A stretch of 64,000 nt of DNA, from the NCBI GenBank assembly GCA_964522405.1, contig CAZFTR010000001.1:116686-180685 (forward strand), in the 5' to 3' direction. Position numbers and translations under genes: made by a program. This DNA is from an uncultured Gammaproteobacteria bacterium. GTDB lineage: Bacteria; Patescibacteriota; Patescibacteriia; Magasanikbacterales; UBA922. Shown here one piece after another: positions 49,017 to 57,532 of this stretch. Under the pieces are notes generated by a model. The model made no database searches, had not been told where the DNA came from, and saw nothing but the letters and a program-made list of their open reading frames with translations. Each line of letters starts with the position of its first letter. The stretch's first letter is position 1.

Positions 49017-50451
49017 GAAAATTATTAAAAATCAGTGGTTTACTGTCATTGCCTTGATCATTTTTAATTTTGCTATCTATAGTCATTTGATTGGACACTT
49101 TTTTTATTCAGATGATTTTGTTTGGCTTTATTATGGTGAGCTGATAAATGAGGATATTTTAAATACTTTTAAGCTTCATGTTACAAGCTTTTTTTCACCG
49201 GTTGTAAATGCTTATTTTGGATTTGGACAAGCAGTTTTTCCTTTTAATGCCAAAGCTTTTCATATCTTGGGAATTTTGATACATGCGGTAAATGTAGTTT
49301 TGGTATATTTTCTTGCTTTGAAAATTACTAAACATCGAATCGCTTCCCTCATTGCTGCGCTTTTCTTTTCTTTTGCTGAATATCATTATGAAGCTGTGAT
49401 CTGGATAAGTGCCATCATGCATGTTCTGGTAAGCTCCTTTGTTTTGTTAGGATTGTTAGCTTATACCAAATTTAGAGAATCAAAAAAATATACTTATATT
49501 CTTCTTTCAATCCTTGCCGGTTTACTTGCTTTTTTTGCAAAGGAAAATGGAATTGTCTTTGTTCCTCTGGTGGTTGGTCTATATTTATATTTTGAAGATC
49601 GTAGTTTTTGGAGGTTTAAAAACTGGAGACATCTTTTGCCGTATGCAGCATTGCTTTTGTTTGTGCTCGGGTATACTTATTTAAATCAGAGAAATTCCAT
49701 GTGGATTGAAAATGGAATTTACAATATTCATATTAAGGCTCTTTATCCTCTGCTTGCTTCTTTTTTTGCTTTGTTTGATATGGATTCTGCTAAATATCTT
49801 ATTGCCAGACCTAAGATTTTCCTGGCTAGTTTTCTTGCCTTATTATCATTTTTTGTTTTGGTTTTCAGAAAAAATCAAAAAGAGGCAAAATTGTTTTTGT
49901 TGGGTTGCTATATGGCATTAGTTAGTTTTACTCCTGTGATGTTTTTTTATTTTGGCACTTGGAGAGAGATAAGTCAGAATAGATACTCTTATTTGCCGGC
50001 CCTCGGAGCAGCTCTGGTTTTTTCAAGTTTTGCTCTGTTAATCAAGAAAAAATTTGGGTATAATAAGGTAGTTATTAGCTTAGCGCTTGTAGTTTTTTGT
50101 TTATATGGATTATTCCAAATATCAAGTTTTATAAAATTCTACAATGGTGAATACGATTATATTGATCAACAAATGAGGGGAATGGAAATGAGTTTTGATC
50201 TGTTGGAAGAAAAACTAACTGATCATAAAAACATAATTTTAACTGGTCATTATCCCTTTGGAGGTAATGAGTATTATCGTTACATGTATAGATATTTTAC
50301 TGATCCAAATATGAATAAGAGTGTTGATGATTGGAGTTCTATGATTGATTATCACCAGGCCATAGAAAAATTTGGTTCTGATCCAAAATATCTTTTGCTA
50401 GGATGGGATGACCTGGAAAAAGAAATTTACATAATACCTACCAAAGAATAA
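48997..50451 (+). CDS. GT-C fold membrane glycosyltransferase (PMT-like)
   Basis: FYSDDF loop, HAVNVVLVY, EAVIWISA, KE motif, RYSYLP; many TMs. Confidence 0.7.
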   Translation: MDTTVFKKIIKNQWFTVIALIIFNFAIYSHLIGHFFYSDDFVWLYYGELINEDILNTFKLHVTSFFSPVVNAYFGFGQAVFPFNAKAFHILGILIHAVNVVLVYFLALKITKHRIASLIAALFFSFAEYHYEAVIWISAIMHVLVSSFVLLGLLAYTKFRESKKYTYILLSILAGLLAFFAKENGIVFVPLVVGLYLYFEDRSFWRFKNWRHLLPYAALLLFVLGYTYLNQRNSMWIENGIYNIHIKALYPLLASFFALFDMDSAKYLIARPKIFLASFLALLSFFVLVFRKNQKEAKLFLLGCYMALVSFTPVMFFYFGTWREISQNRYSYLPALGAALVFSSFALLIKKKFGYNKVVISLALVVFCLYGLFQISSFIKFYNGEYDYIDQQMRGMEMSFDLLEEKLTDHKNIILTGHYPFGGNEYYRYMYRYFTDPNMNKSVDDWSSMIDYHQAIEKFGSDPKYLLLGWDDLEKEIYIIPTKE

Positions 50452-50452
50452 A

Positions 50453-51139
50453 ATGGATTTTAAAACAGAAAAATTTAATGGACCACTTGATCTGCTTTTA
50501 AGCTTGGTTCAAGAAAATGAGTTTAGTATCAATGATGTTGCTCTTTCAGAAGTAACAGAGCAGTATCTAGATTATGTAGATCAATTTTCAGAAATTGATG
50601 CAGATGAATTGTCTGATTTTTTGTTAGTAGCCAGCAGACTGCTTTATCTCAAGTCAAGAGCATTATTGCCACAGCTTATGCCAGAAGAAGAAGCAGGGCA
50701 AGATCTGGCTGATCAATTGAAATTATATAAAAAGTTTCTTGAGGCAAGCAAAAAAATTAATGATATTTGGCTTAATCCCAGTATGTCATTTTCTAGAATT
50801 GAGCCTGCTCGAATTCCTGAAATTCCAGAGATGCCCAAGAACTTAAAGAAAAAAGAACTTAAGCAGTCCATGTTAAATTTATTGCATCGTATAAAGCCGC
50901 CAAAACCAATCCCAAGAGCATATATAGATAAAGCAGTTAGTTTAAAAGAAACAATTACCAAAATGCGAAATTTTTTGAAAAATAGAAAGTCATTTAATTT
51001 TTCAGAAGTGCTCAGTAGTTCTGAAAATAAAACTGAATTAATTGTAGGCTTTCTAGCAGTTCTTGAATTGGTTAAACAGAAAACCGTCATGTTAAAGCAA
51101 GATGATATGTTTGGAGAAATTTTAATCGAACGTTTTTAG
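50453..51139 (+). CDS. scpA: Segregation/condensation protein A
   Basis: FNGPLDLLL, YLKSRALLP, FLAVLELVK..QDDMFGEI. Confidence 0.93.
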   Translation: MDFKTEKFNGPLDLLLSLVQENEFSINDVALSEVTEQYLDYVDQFSEIDADELSDFLLVASRLLYLKSRALLPQLMPEEEAGQDLADQLKLYKKFLEASKKINDIWLNPSMSFSRIEPARIPEIPEMPKNLKKKELKQSMLNLLHRIKPPKPIPRAYIDKAVSLKETITKMRNFLKNRKSFNFSEVLSSSENKTELIVGFLAVLELVKQKTVMLKQDDMFGEILIERF

Positions 51140-51142
51140 CTA

Positions 51143-51238
51143 GCTAACAGTTTACAGTTGATAGTTTTCAGTTTAAAAAATGTTTTTTAAAATTTCCAAT
51201 TAATAACTGTAAACTGTTAACTGATTACTACTAACTAA
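51143..51238. repeat. Heptamer tandem repeats forming an inverted repeat
   Basis: Left arm (N4-AGT)x4, right arm (N4-ACT)x5. Confidence 0.55.
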
Positions 51239-51246
51239 TAAAAAAT

Positions 51247-51792
51247 ATGAATCTAAAATCAAAAATCGAATCAATACTTTTCGTGGCTTCACGCCCGCTG
51301 ACAATCAAAAAAATTGCCAAAGAATTAAAAGAAAAAGAATCTGATATCCAAGATGTTATTGAGCAGATCAAGGAAAAATTTGATAATCCGGAATCTGGCA
51401 TACATTTGATAATTACTGGAGATCAAGTTCAGTTTTCAACAAATTCCGATAATGCAGAATTTGTAGAGAAGTTTATAAAAAGTGAGTTAATGGGGGAGTT
51501 GACCAGAGCTCAATTGGAAACACTTACTGTTATTGCTTATCAAGAACCAATTACTAGACCTGAAATTGAACAAATCAGAGGTGTTAATTGTGCTGTGATT
51601 TTGCGAAATCTTATGCAGAGAGGTTTGTTGGGTGAAGAAGGATCAGAAGCGCTTATGCCGGTTTATAGATTGTCTGTTAAGGCTCTGCAACATCTTGGGG
51701 TCAGTTCTCCGCAGGAGTTGCCAGATCATGGGGAGCTACATGGTCATGATTATCTAGAGGTGAGGAAAGCTGGAATAGGAGATCAAGAATAA
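51247..51792 (+). CDS. scpB: Segregation/condensation protein B
   Basis: IESILF, LETLTVIAYQEPITRPEIEQIRGVN. Confidence 0.95.
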   Translation: MNLKSKIESILFVASRPLTIKKIAKELKEKESDIQDVIEQIKEKFDNPESGIHLIITGDQVQFSTNSDNAEFVEKFIKSELMGELTRAQLETLTVIAYQEPITRPEIEQIRGVNCAVILRNLMQRGLLGEEGSEALMPVYRLSVKALQHLGVSSPQELPDHGELHGHDYLEVRKAGIGDQE

Positions 51793-51816
51793 TTGGTTTA
51801 TAAAACTTTGATAAAT

Positions 51817-52830
51817 ATGTACGATGGTAATTTTATTATAGAAGTGAGGAACAATGAAAATAGAGTCAGAAATTGGATTTTTGGATTTTTGGTTGTTGCA
51901 GGAGCAGTTTTCTTTTTTGGTAAAGATCAGATTTTATTGAATTTAAATTCTTTTGAAGTCAAATTGACCAAGGCCGGTTCTGTTGATTCTGAACAGACGC
52001 AGGGTGGAGATATAAATTTTGATAATTTTGAGCCGGCTGTCACTGCTCCTCAGAAGCTCGGTAATCAGGAATTGGATAAGTCTATTTTTACAGCAAATAA
52101 AATTTTAGTTAAGGATACAGAGAGTGGGGCAGTGCTTTTTTCCAAAGACGAATATGAGTATCATTCTCTTGCTAGTATTACCAAATTGATGAGCGCACTG
52201 GTACTTATGGATCAGGGAATAGCTTGGAATTCTACTACAACTGCAACTGGAAGTGGGCTTTTTGATACTATTATCCAAAAAGATTTTGATTATCTAATTG
52301 AAGATCTTTGGAATGCTGGCTTAATAGCTTCTTCAAATAGATCAATTATCACCTTGGTTGATGCCAGTGGTTTATCAGAAGAGCAGTTTGTAGAAAAAAT
52401 GAATCAAAAAGCTCGGGAGCTAGGCATGATGGACACGGTTTTTATTGACCCAACCGGATTAGCTATTAATAATATTTCAACAGCTTCGGACATAATCCTA
52501 CTTTTGAATGAAGCGCTAAGAAATGATACAATAAATAAAACACTATTAAGAAACGAATACCATCTTGCTACAGTAGATGGAGAGCATGATCGACAAATGT
52601 GGAATACTAATTGGTTACTGCTTGGTTGGATTCCGCATGGTTTTGAGGCTTTGCAGGCTGGCAAAACCGGTTTTATACCAGAGTCTGGTTATAATTTTGT
52701 CACCAAAGTTGCAGATCAATTTGGAAATCAAATAGATATTGTAATTTTGGGCGCCATTGATCATGAATTGCGTTTTTCTGAGGCAAGAGATATCGCTGAA
52801 TGGGTTTTTAAGAATTATTCATGGCAATAA
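51817..52830 (+). CDS. D-alanyl-D-alanine carboxypeptidase/endopeptidase (peptidase S11)
   Basis: LASITKLM (SxxK), SSN (SxN), KTG, DPTGL; start position uncertain. Confidence 0.88.
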   Translation: MYDGNFIIEVRNNENRVRNWIFGFLVVAGAVFFFGKDQILLNLNSFEVKLTKAGSVDSEQTQGGDINFDNFEPAVTAPQKLGNQELDKSIFTANKILVKDTESGAVLFSKDEYEYHSLASITKLMSALVLMDQGIAWNSTTTATGSGLFDTIIQKDFDYLIEDLWNAGLIASSNRSIITLVDASGLSEEQFVEKMNQKARELGMMDTVFIDPTGLAINNISTASDIILLLNEALRNDTINKTLLRNEYHLATVDGEHDRQMWNTNWLLLGWIPHGFEALQAGKTGFIPESGYNFVTKVADQFGNQIDIVILGAIDHELRFSEARDIAEWVFKNYSWQ

Positions 52831-52840
52831 GCAAATTAAT

Positions 52841-53341
52841 ATGAGTTTAAATCCAGTAGATTGGTTTGTAAATCTCCCACCAGAATGGGCAACCTTTTTT
52901 ATTTCTATGATTCCGATTACCGAGTTGAGGGCTTCTATCCCAATCGGTATAGAAGTTTATCATTTGCCGATAATTAAAGTCTGGCTTATAGCTGTGGCAG
53001 GAGATTTTATACCAGCAATTTTTATTTTATTCCTTTTGCCCCATGTTCATGATTGGATGGTTAAGACCAAATTTTTGGGACATCATCTTACTCGAGAGTT
53101 AAAAAAAGCAGAGAAAAAATTCTCTGGCAAATATGCCAAATACGGCGCTATTGCCTTGATAGTTTTTGTGGGAATTCCTTTGCCATTTACAGGTTCTTGG
53201 ACTGGATCTTTTGCCTCTTTTGTATTCAATATTCCTTTCAAGAAATCCGCGCCATTAATATTTGCCGGAGTTTGCATGGCAGCAACTCTAGTAACTTTGA
53301 TTACAATTTTTGCTGGGAATGGGCTTAGGTGGTTGTTGTAG
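52841..53341 (+). CDS. Small multi-drug export family membrane protein (COG2426-like)
   Basis: SMIPITELRASIP, FVGIPLPFTGSWTG. Confidence 0.85.
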   Translation: MSLNPVDWFVNLPPEWATFFISMIPITELRASIPIGIEVYHLPIIKVWLIAVAGDFIPAIFILFLLPHVHDWMVKTKFLGHHLTRELKKAEKKFSGKYAKYGAIALIVFVGIPLPFTGSWTGSFASFVFNIPFKKSAPLIFAGVCMAATLVTLITIFAGNGLRWLL

Positions 53342-53343
53342 GT

Positions 53344-54300
53344 ATGGATGAGTACCAAGATAAAAAAATTTTTGTAACTTCTTATAAAAATCCTGATTTA
53401 GATGGTTTTGGTTCTGCATATGCTTATGCAGAATTTTTAAATTTACAAGGAATTGATGCTGTTCATGGAGTTTTTGGAACTCCTAGAAATGAAGTCGGAT
53501 TTGTTTTGAAAGAATTTGATATTAAATATGATCAAAAATCAGAGAATCTACTAGGAGACTATCCAGAAGTGGTTTTGGCTGATGCCAGTTCATTGCCGGG
53601 GTTGCCTTCGCAAATTAATCCCAAGAGTGTGGTGGAAATCATTGATCACAGAAAAGTACATGAGGCAGAAAATTTTCCAAATGCAAAGGCACAATTAGAG
53701 TTGGTAGGAGCTGCTGCTACACTTATTGCTGAGAAATTTTACCATGCAGGTATAGAGCCATCAAAAGAATCTGCAGTCTTATTATTTTTTGGTATTGTTT
53801 CAAATACTATTAATTTTAAAAACAATGTAACCACAGATCGAGATAGGAAGATAGGAGAGTGGTTAAAAGTTTTTTTTGAATTCAAAGAAGGTCAAATAGA
53901 TAGATTTTTTGAGAGTAAAGTAAAAATATCTGACTCAGTTGAGAAGAGTTTGGATTATAAAATCATAAGCTATGCTGTACCCTTTGATTTTGGAGGCAAT
54001 AGTATTGGTATAGCACAGCTTGAAATGGTTGATGTTGAAAATTTTATAAATTCAAATTTGGATGAAATTGAAAAAAGATTAGAGGAATTAAAAAAAGATC
54101 GTGATATAGATCTAGTATTTTTAACTTGTGTTGATCTTAAGGAATATTTTAATTTGTATGTTTGTTTTGAAGAAAAAATGAAAACCATTTTGTCTACTAC
54201 TCTTGGTTTGGAATTCACTGGGGCTCTAGCAAAAAAAGATGGAATTTTAATGAGAAAGGAAATTGCTCCAATTCTAAAAGAGTATTTAGAAAAAAATTAA
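53344..54300 (+). CDS. ppaC: Manganese-dependent inorganic pyrophosphatase (DHH/DHHA2)
   Basis: NPDLDG, IIDHR, VGAAATL, TTDRD, IAQLE, C-terminal MRKEIAP. Confidence 0.78.
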   Translation: MDEYQDKKIFVTSYKNPDLDGFGSAYAYAEFLNLQGIDAVHGVFGTPRNEVGFVLKEFDIKYDQKSENLLGDYPEVVLADASSLPGLPSQINPKSVVEIIDHRKVHEAENFPNAKAQLELVGAAATLIAEKFYHAGIEPSKESAVLLFFGIVSNTINFKNNVTTDRDRKIGEWLKVFFEFKEGQIDRFFESKVKISDSVEKSLDYKIISYAVPFDFGGNSIGIAQLEMVDVENFINSNLDEIEKRLEELKKDRDIDLVFLTCVDLKEYFNLYVCFEEKMKTILSTTLGLEFTGALAKKDGILMRKEIAPILKEYLEKN

Positions 54301-55265
54301 TAAACTTCCAGCAAAACAATCTCTGGAAGATTAAACAGTCTCGCTCTTGCTCCACTTTCTCCAACTCCACTAGTGACAAAAACTTTTAGACTGTCATGTT
54401 CATACCAACCTTTGTACCATTTATCTGGTATTACGCCATCAACTTTTCCAATTGGTCCAAGAAATGGAAGTCTAATTTGCCCGCCATGAGTATGGCCAGC
54501 AAGCATTAAATCAATACCGTGCTTAGAGGCTTCCCAGGTTGCAGCAGGATTGTGAACCAGTCCTATTACGGCTGTTTCTTTTTGTAGATTTTCAAGGACA
54601 GAAAAATCAGTATTTCCTGACCACCAAGCATCTGATCCATAGAGAAAGAATTCCTGGTCTTGTACTTGGATTTCTTCTAATTCATTTACTAAATAGCGTA
54701 CCCCAAGCTCTTCCATAGCTTTTTTGGTTTTTTGGCTGTTGTCCGGATAACGAGCAGATTTATCATTGATAGATCCAGGGCCCCAAATACCATATTCATG
54801 ATTTCCATGTACTGCATAAACCGGAATTTTTTTTGCCAGCTCTTCGAGAGGTTTAAGATACTTTGTTTCATCTGTTTGTTGATCATATAAATTGTTATCA
54901 ATTTGATCTCCAGCTATTAAAACCAGATCAGGATCTGATTTAAGAATTTTCCTGACAGTCCTTTCTACAAATTGATCTTTTTTGTAAGGTCCGACCTGAT
55001 AATCTGCAACCAAAGCTATTATAACTGGTTTTTCAATGTACTCGAGGTCAATTTTTTCTTTTTTTACAATTATAATTTTTGGTTCTATAAAACTTCCCCA
55101 AACTAGAGTGATAGTTCCAATCAAGAAAAAGCTTGCCATCAGATGAAGAAGCTTTTTTTGATTTTTTGATTTTCTAGCAACCAAAAACAAAATCATGGCT
55201 GGCAAGGCAGTCATGATTATTCCGAGAGCTATGATTAGGTCAAATTGGCTATGAGAGAAGTTCAT
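54297..55265 (-). CDS. Membrane-anchored metallophosphoesterase (YkuE-like)
   Basis: AGD, GNHE, HNP, AGHTHGGQIRLP, TSGVG. Confidence 0.9.
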   Translation of the reverse strand: MNFSHSQFDLIIALGIIMTALPAMILFLVARKSKNQKKLLHLMASFFLIGTITLVWGSFIEPKIIIVKKEKIDLEYIEKPVIIALVADYQVGPYKKDQFVERTVRKILKSDPDLVLIAGDQIDNNLYDQQTDETKYLKPLEELAKKIPVYAVHGNHEYGIWGPGSINDKSARYPDNSQKTKKAMEELGVRYLVNELEEIQVQDQEFFLYGSDAWWSGNTDFSVLENLQKETAVIGLVHNPAATWEASKHGIDLMLAGHTHGGQIRLPFLGPIGKVDGVIPDKWYKGWYEHDSLKVFVTSGVGESGARARLFNLPEIVLLEVY

Positions 55266-55355
55266 GATATTTTTTAAGTTTTTGTAATTATATTTGAAAT
55301 TTTATGTTTCGTCAAAGGGGTTGTTTTTTTATCTTTTTTATGTTAATATTTTTTT

Positions 55356-55605
55356 GCATGAAAGAGAACGTTAGCGTTTCTCAGAGGACCATAACCGGCT
55401 AAAGAGAGCTAAGACGGATTTTTTTCAGCATCATGCTGGGGGAGGTCACTTGTGACCATGATTTTCGACGCAAAGCGTGGGTCGAAGAAATAAGGGTTGC
55501 GCCGACCAGAACCGGAACAAGGGGGAACGGGGGTTGCCACCGGATATGAAATCTCGACTTGCAAAAGTCGTAGACGAACAACCGAGTGGTCACCCCCAAG
55601 ACCCA
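55356..55605 (+). ncRNA. Unassigned GC-rich structured RNA of about 250 nt containing an SD-led mini-ORF
   Basis: Promoter TTGTTT-N17-TAATAT with TG extension (55321-55349). Hairpins GAGAACG/CGUUUCUC, CAGCA/UGCUG, GGUCA/UGACC, UUCGAC/GUCGAA, CGACUU/AAGUCG. GGAGGT precedes an ORF at 55452-55493. Confidence 0.55.
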
Positions 55606-55636
55606 ATAAAATAAAACCGCATAAAGCGGTTTTATT
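55606..55636. terminator. Bidirectional terminator shared with tRNA-Leu(CAA)
   Basis: AATAAAACCGC-ataaa-GCGGTTTTATT. Confidence 0.8.
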
Positions 55637-55638
55637 AG

Positions 55639-55720
55639 TGCCGAAGAAGGGAATCGAACCCTTACTCCCGAAGGAACACGATTTTGAGTCGTGCGCGTCT
55701 ACCAGTTCCGCCACTTCGGC
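55639..55720 (-). tRNA. tRNA-Leu(CAA)
   Basis: CACGA-CT CAA AA-TCGTG anticodon arm; long variable arm; GGTTCGATTCC. Confidence 0.95.
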
Positions 55721-55799
55721 ATATCTGAAATATTTGCTTAGTAGAGCATATTATATTCTATATTGTTGATTTTGTCAATTTGCGATATAATATAGATAT

Positions 55800-56564
55800 A
55801 TGTCGCGAATTATATCTATTGTTAATCAGAAGGGTGGAGTAGGAAAGACAACTTCAGCAGTAAACATAGCAGCAGCCCTCGCAGAGATGGGCAAATTTGT
55901 TTTATTAGTAGACATGGATCCGCAGGGCAATGCTACTAGCGGTCTAGGATTGGATAGAAAGACAGATCTGTTGGGAATTTATCAGGCTTTGTCAGGCCAG
56001 AATAGGCTTCATGATACTATTTACAACACTCCTCATGAAGGTCTGCGAATTTCTCCGGCAACACAAGACTTGGCAGGCGCAAATGTTGAACTTGTGAGTG
56101 TTGAGAATCGTGAGCATCAGTTGTCGGGTATTTTACAAGAAGCCAGACATGCCTATGATTATATTATCATAGATTGTCCGCCTTCTCTAGGTCTTCTTAC
56201 GATAAATGGCTTAGTTGCTGCAGATGAATTGCTTATTCCGGTTCAGGCTGAGTATTATGCGCTTGAGGGGCTAGGACAGCTTCTTGAAACAGTTAATTTG
56301 GTCAAAACCCATGTTAAGCCGGATTTATCAGTGCTGGGCGCAGTTATCACTATGTTTGATAAGCGTACCAAACTTTCAGAAGAGGTTATGCATCAGCTTT
56401 ATCAATATTTTCCAGATACGATCTTTCGCTCAGTAATTCCAAGAACTGTTCGTTTGGCTGAAGCACCAAGTTTTGGACAATCAATTTTTCATTATGATCC
56501 TCGCAGCAAGGGAGCTCGAGCTTATGAGAAACTTGCTCGAGAAATTTTAGATAAATATAATTAA
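55800..56564 (+). CDS. parA: Chromosome partitioning ATPase ParA/Soj
   Basis: NQKGGVGKTT, DMDPQGNAT, IDCPPSLG, RLAEAPSFG. Confidence 0.96.
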   Translation: MSRIISIVNQKGGVGKTTSAVNIAAALAEMGKFVLLVDMDPQGNATSGLGLDRKTDLLGIYQALSGQNRLHDTIYNTPHEGLRISPATQDLAGANVELVSVENREHQLSGILQEARHAYDYIIIDCPPSLGLLTINGLVAADELLIPVQAEYYALEGLGQLLETVNLVKTHVKPDLSVLGAVITMFDKRTKLSEEVMHQLYQYFPDTIFRSVIPRTVRLAEAPSFGQSIFHYDPRSKGARAYEKLAREILDKYN

Positions 56565-56581
56565 AAGATAATTTTACCACT

Positions 56582-57442
56582 ATGGCTCTAGGAAAAGGCC
56601 TAAATTCTCTTATTCCCAGCAAATCCGGGAAATCAAGAAAAATAACCAGAAAAGAGACTGGAACTCCATCAAAGGATCGACTTTGGCATATTCCAATTTC
56701 AGAAATTTCTCCGAATTCAGAACAGCCTCGTAAGCATTTTTCTCATGCTGAACTTGAAAATTTGGTTACTTCCATAAAGGCTCATGGTATTTTGCAGCCA
56801 ATCACTGTTACTGAAAAAGACGATGGCGGTTATGAGCTGATAGCTGGTGAGAGAAGATTTAGGGCTTCGCAGATTGCCGGGCTGGCAACTGTTCCGGCAT
56901 TGGTGCGAGTTGCCACAGAACAAGAAAAATTAGAACTTGCTCTTATTGAGAATATTCAGCGTGAAAATCTTAATCCAATTGAAGAAGCTTTTGCATATTC
57001 CAGGTTAATTGAAGAGTTTGGTTTGACTCAACAGCAGGTTGCAGAGCAAGTAGGGAAGAGTAGACCGGTAATTACCAATACTATCAGACTTTTAAATTTG
57101 CCTGATGTTATTCAGAAAGCCTTGATGGATGGAAAGCTCAGCGCAGGAAAAGCTCGAGCATTGCTTAGTTTAAAAGATGAAAAAGAGCAGATTGAAATGT
57201 TTGAAAGTATGCAGGGCGAAAGGATGAGTGTGCGTGATGTTGAGTCAGCAGTTGAGAGAAAGGGTAGTAAATCTAGAAAAGGTTCTGTTAGAAGAGATCC
57301 AAATATTCTAGCTCAAGAAGAAATCCTTGAGGAAAGATTAGGCTCAAAAGTAAGAATTCTTATTCGGGGTGATCATGGAAAAATTGAAATTAGTTTTCAT
57401 TCCCGTGATGAACTTAAGCGACTGCTTGAAGAGCTTTCCTAA
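56582..57442 (+). CDS. parB: Chromosome partitioning protein ParB/Spo0J
   Basis: LGKGLNSLI, QPRKHF, GERRFRA, ENIQRENLNPIEEA, HTH. Confidence 0.96.
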   Translation: MALGKGLNSLIPSKSGKSRKITRKETGTPSKDRLWHIPISEISPNSEQPRKHFSHAELENLVTSIKAHGILQPITVTEKDDGGYELIAGERRFRASQIAGLATVPALVRVATEQEKLELALIENIQRENLNPIEEAFAYSRLIEEFGLTQQQVAEQVGKSRPVITNTIRLLNLPDVIQKALMDGKLSAGKARALLSLKDEKEQIEMFESMQGERMSVRDVESAVERKGSKSRKGSVRRDPNILAQEEILEERLGSKVRILIRGDHGKIEISFHSRDELKRLLEELS

Positions 57443-57446
57443 ATTT

Positions 57447-57523
57447 AACCACCCCTTGTTCCCCTCCCTGAAAAAGGGGGGCCATGCCACGTCAGTCGCG
57501 ACTGACGTGGTTAGAGGGTGGTT
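57447..57523. repeat. GC-rich nested palindromic element between convergent parB and rel
   Basis: AACCACCC...GGGTGGTT enclosing a CCCCT/AGGGG stem and the perfect 24-bp palindrome CCACGTCAGTCGCGACTGACGTGG. Confidence 0.65.
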
Positions 57524-57532
57524 CACCTTAGA

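Noticed and set aside
55356-55605. tmRNA, SRP RNA or 6S RNA identity (also considered for 1-305)
   Set aside because: No tRNA-like acceptor/T-arm ends or Ala-ending tag, no SRP domain IV motif, and not a single long 6S-type rod. An Rfam scan is still needed.
55399-55769. ORFs 55399-55599, 55409-55714 and 55497-55769
   Set aside because: They run across a tRNA, a terminator or the structured RNA, with no supporting start signals.
57487-57510. parS site
   Set aside because: Shares only CACGT with the 16-bp parS consensus.
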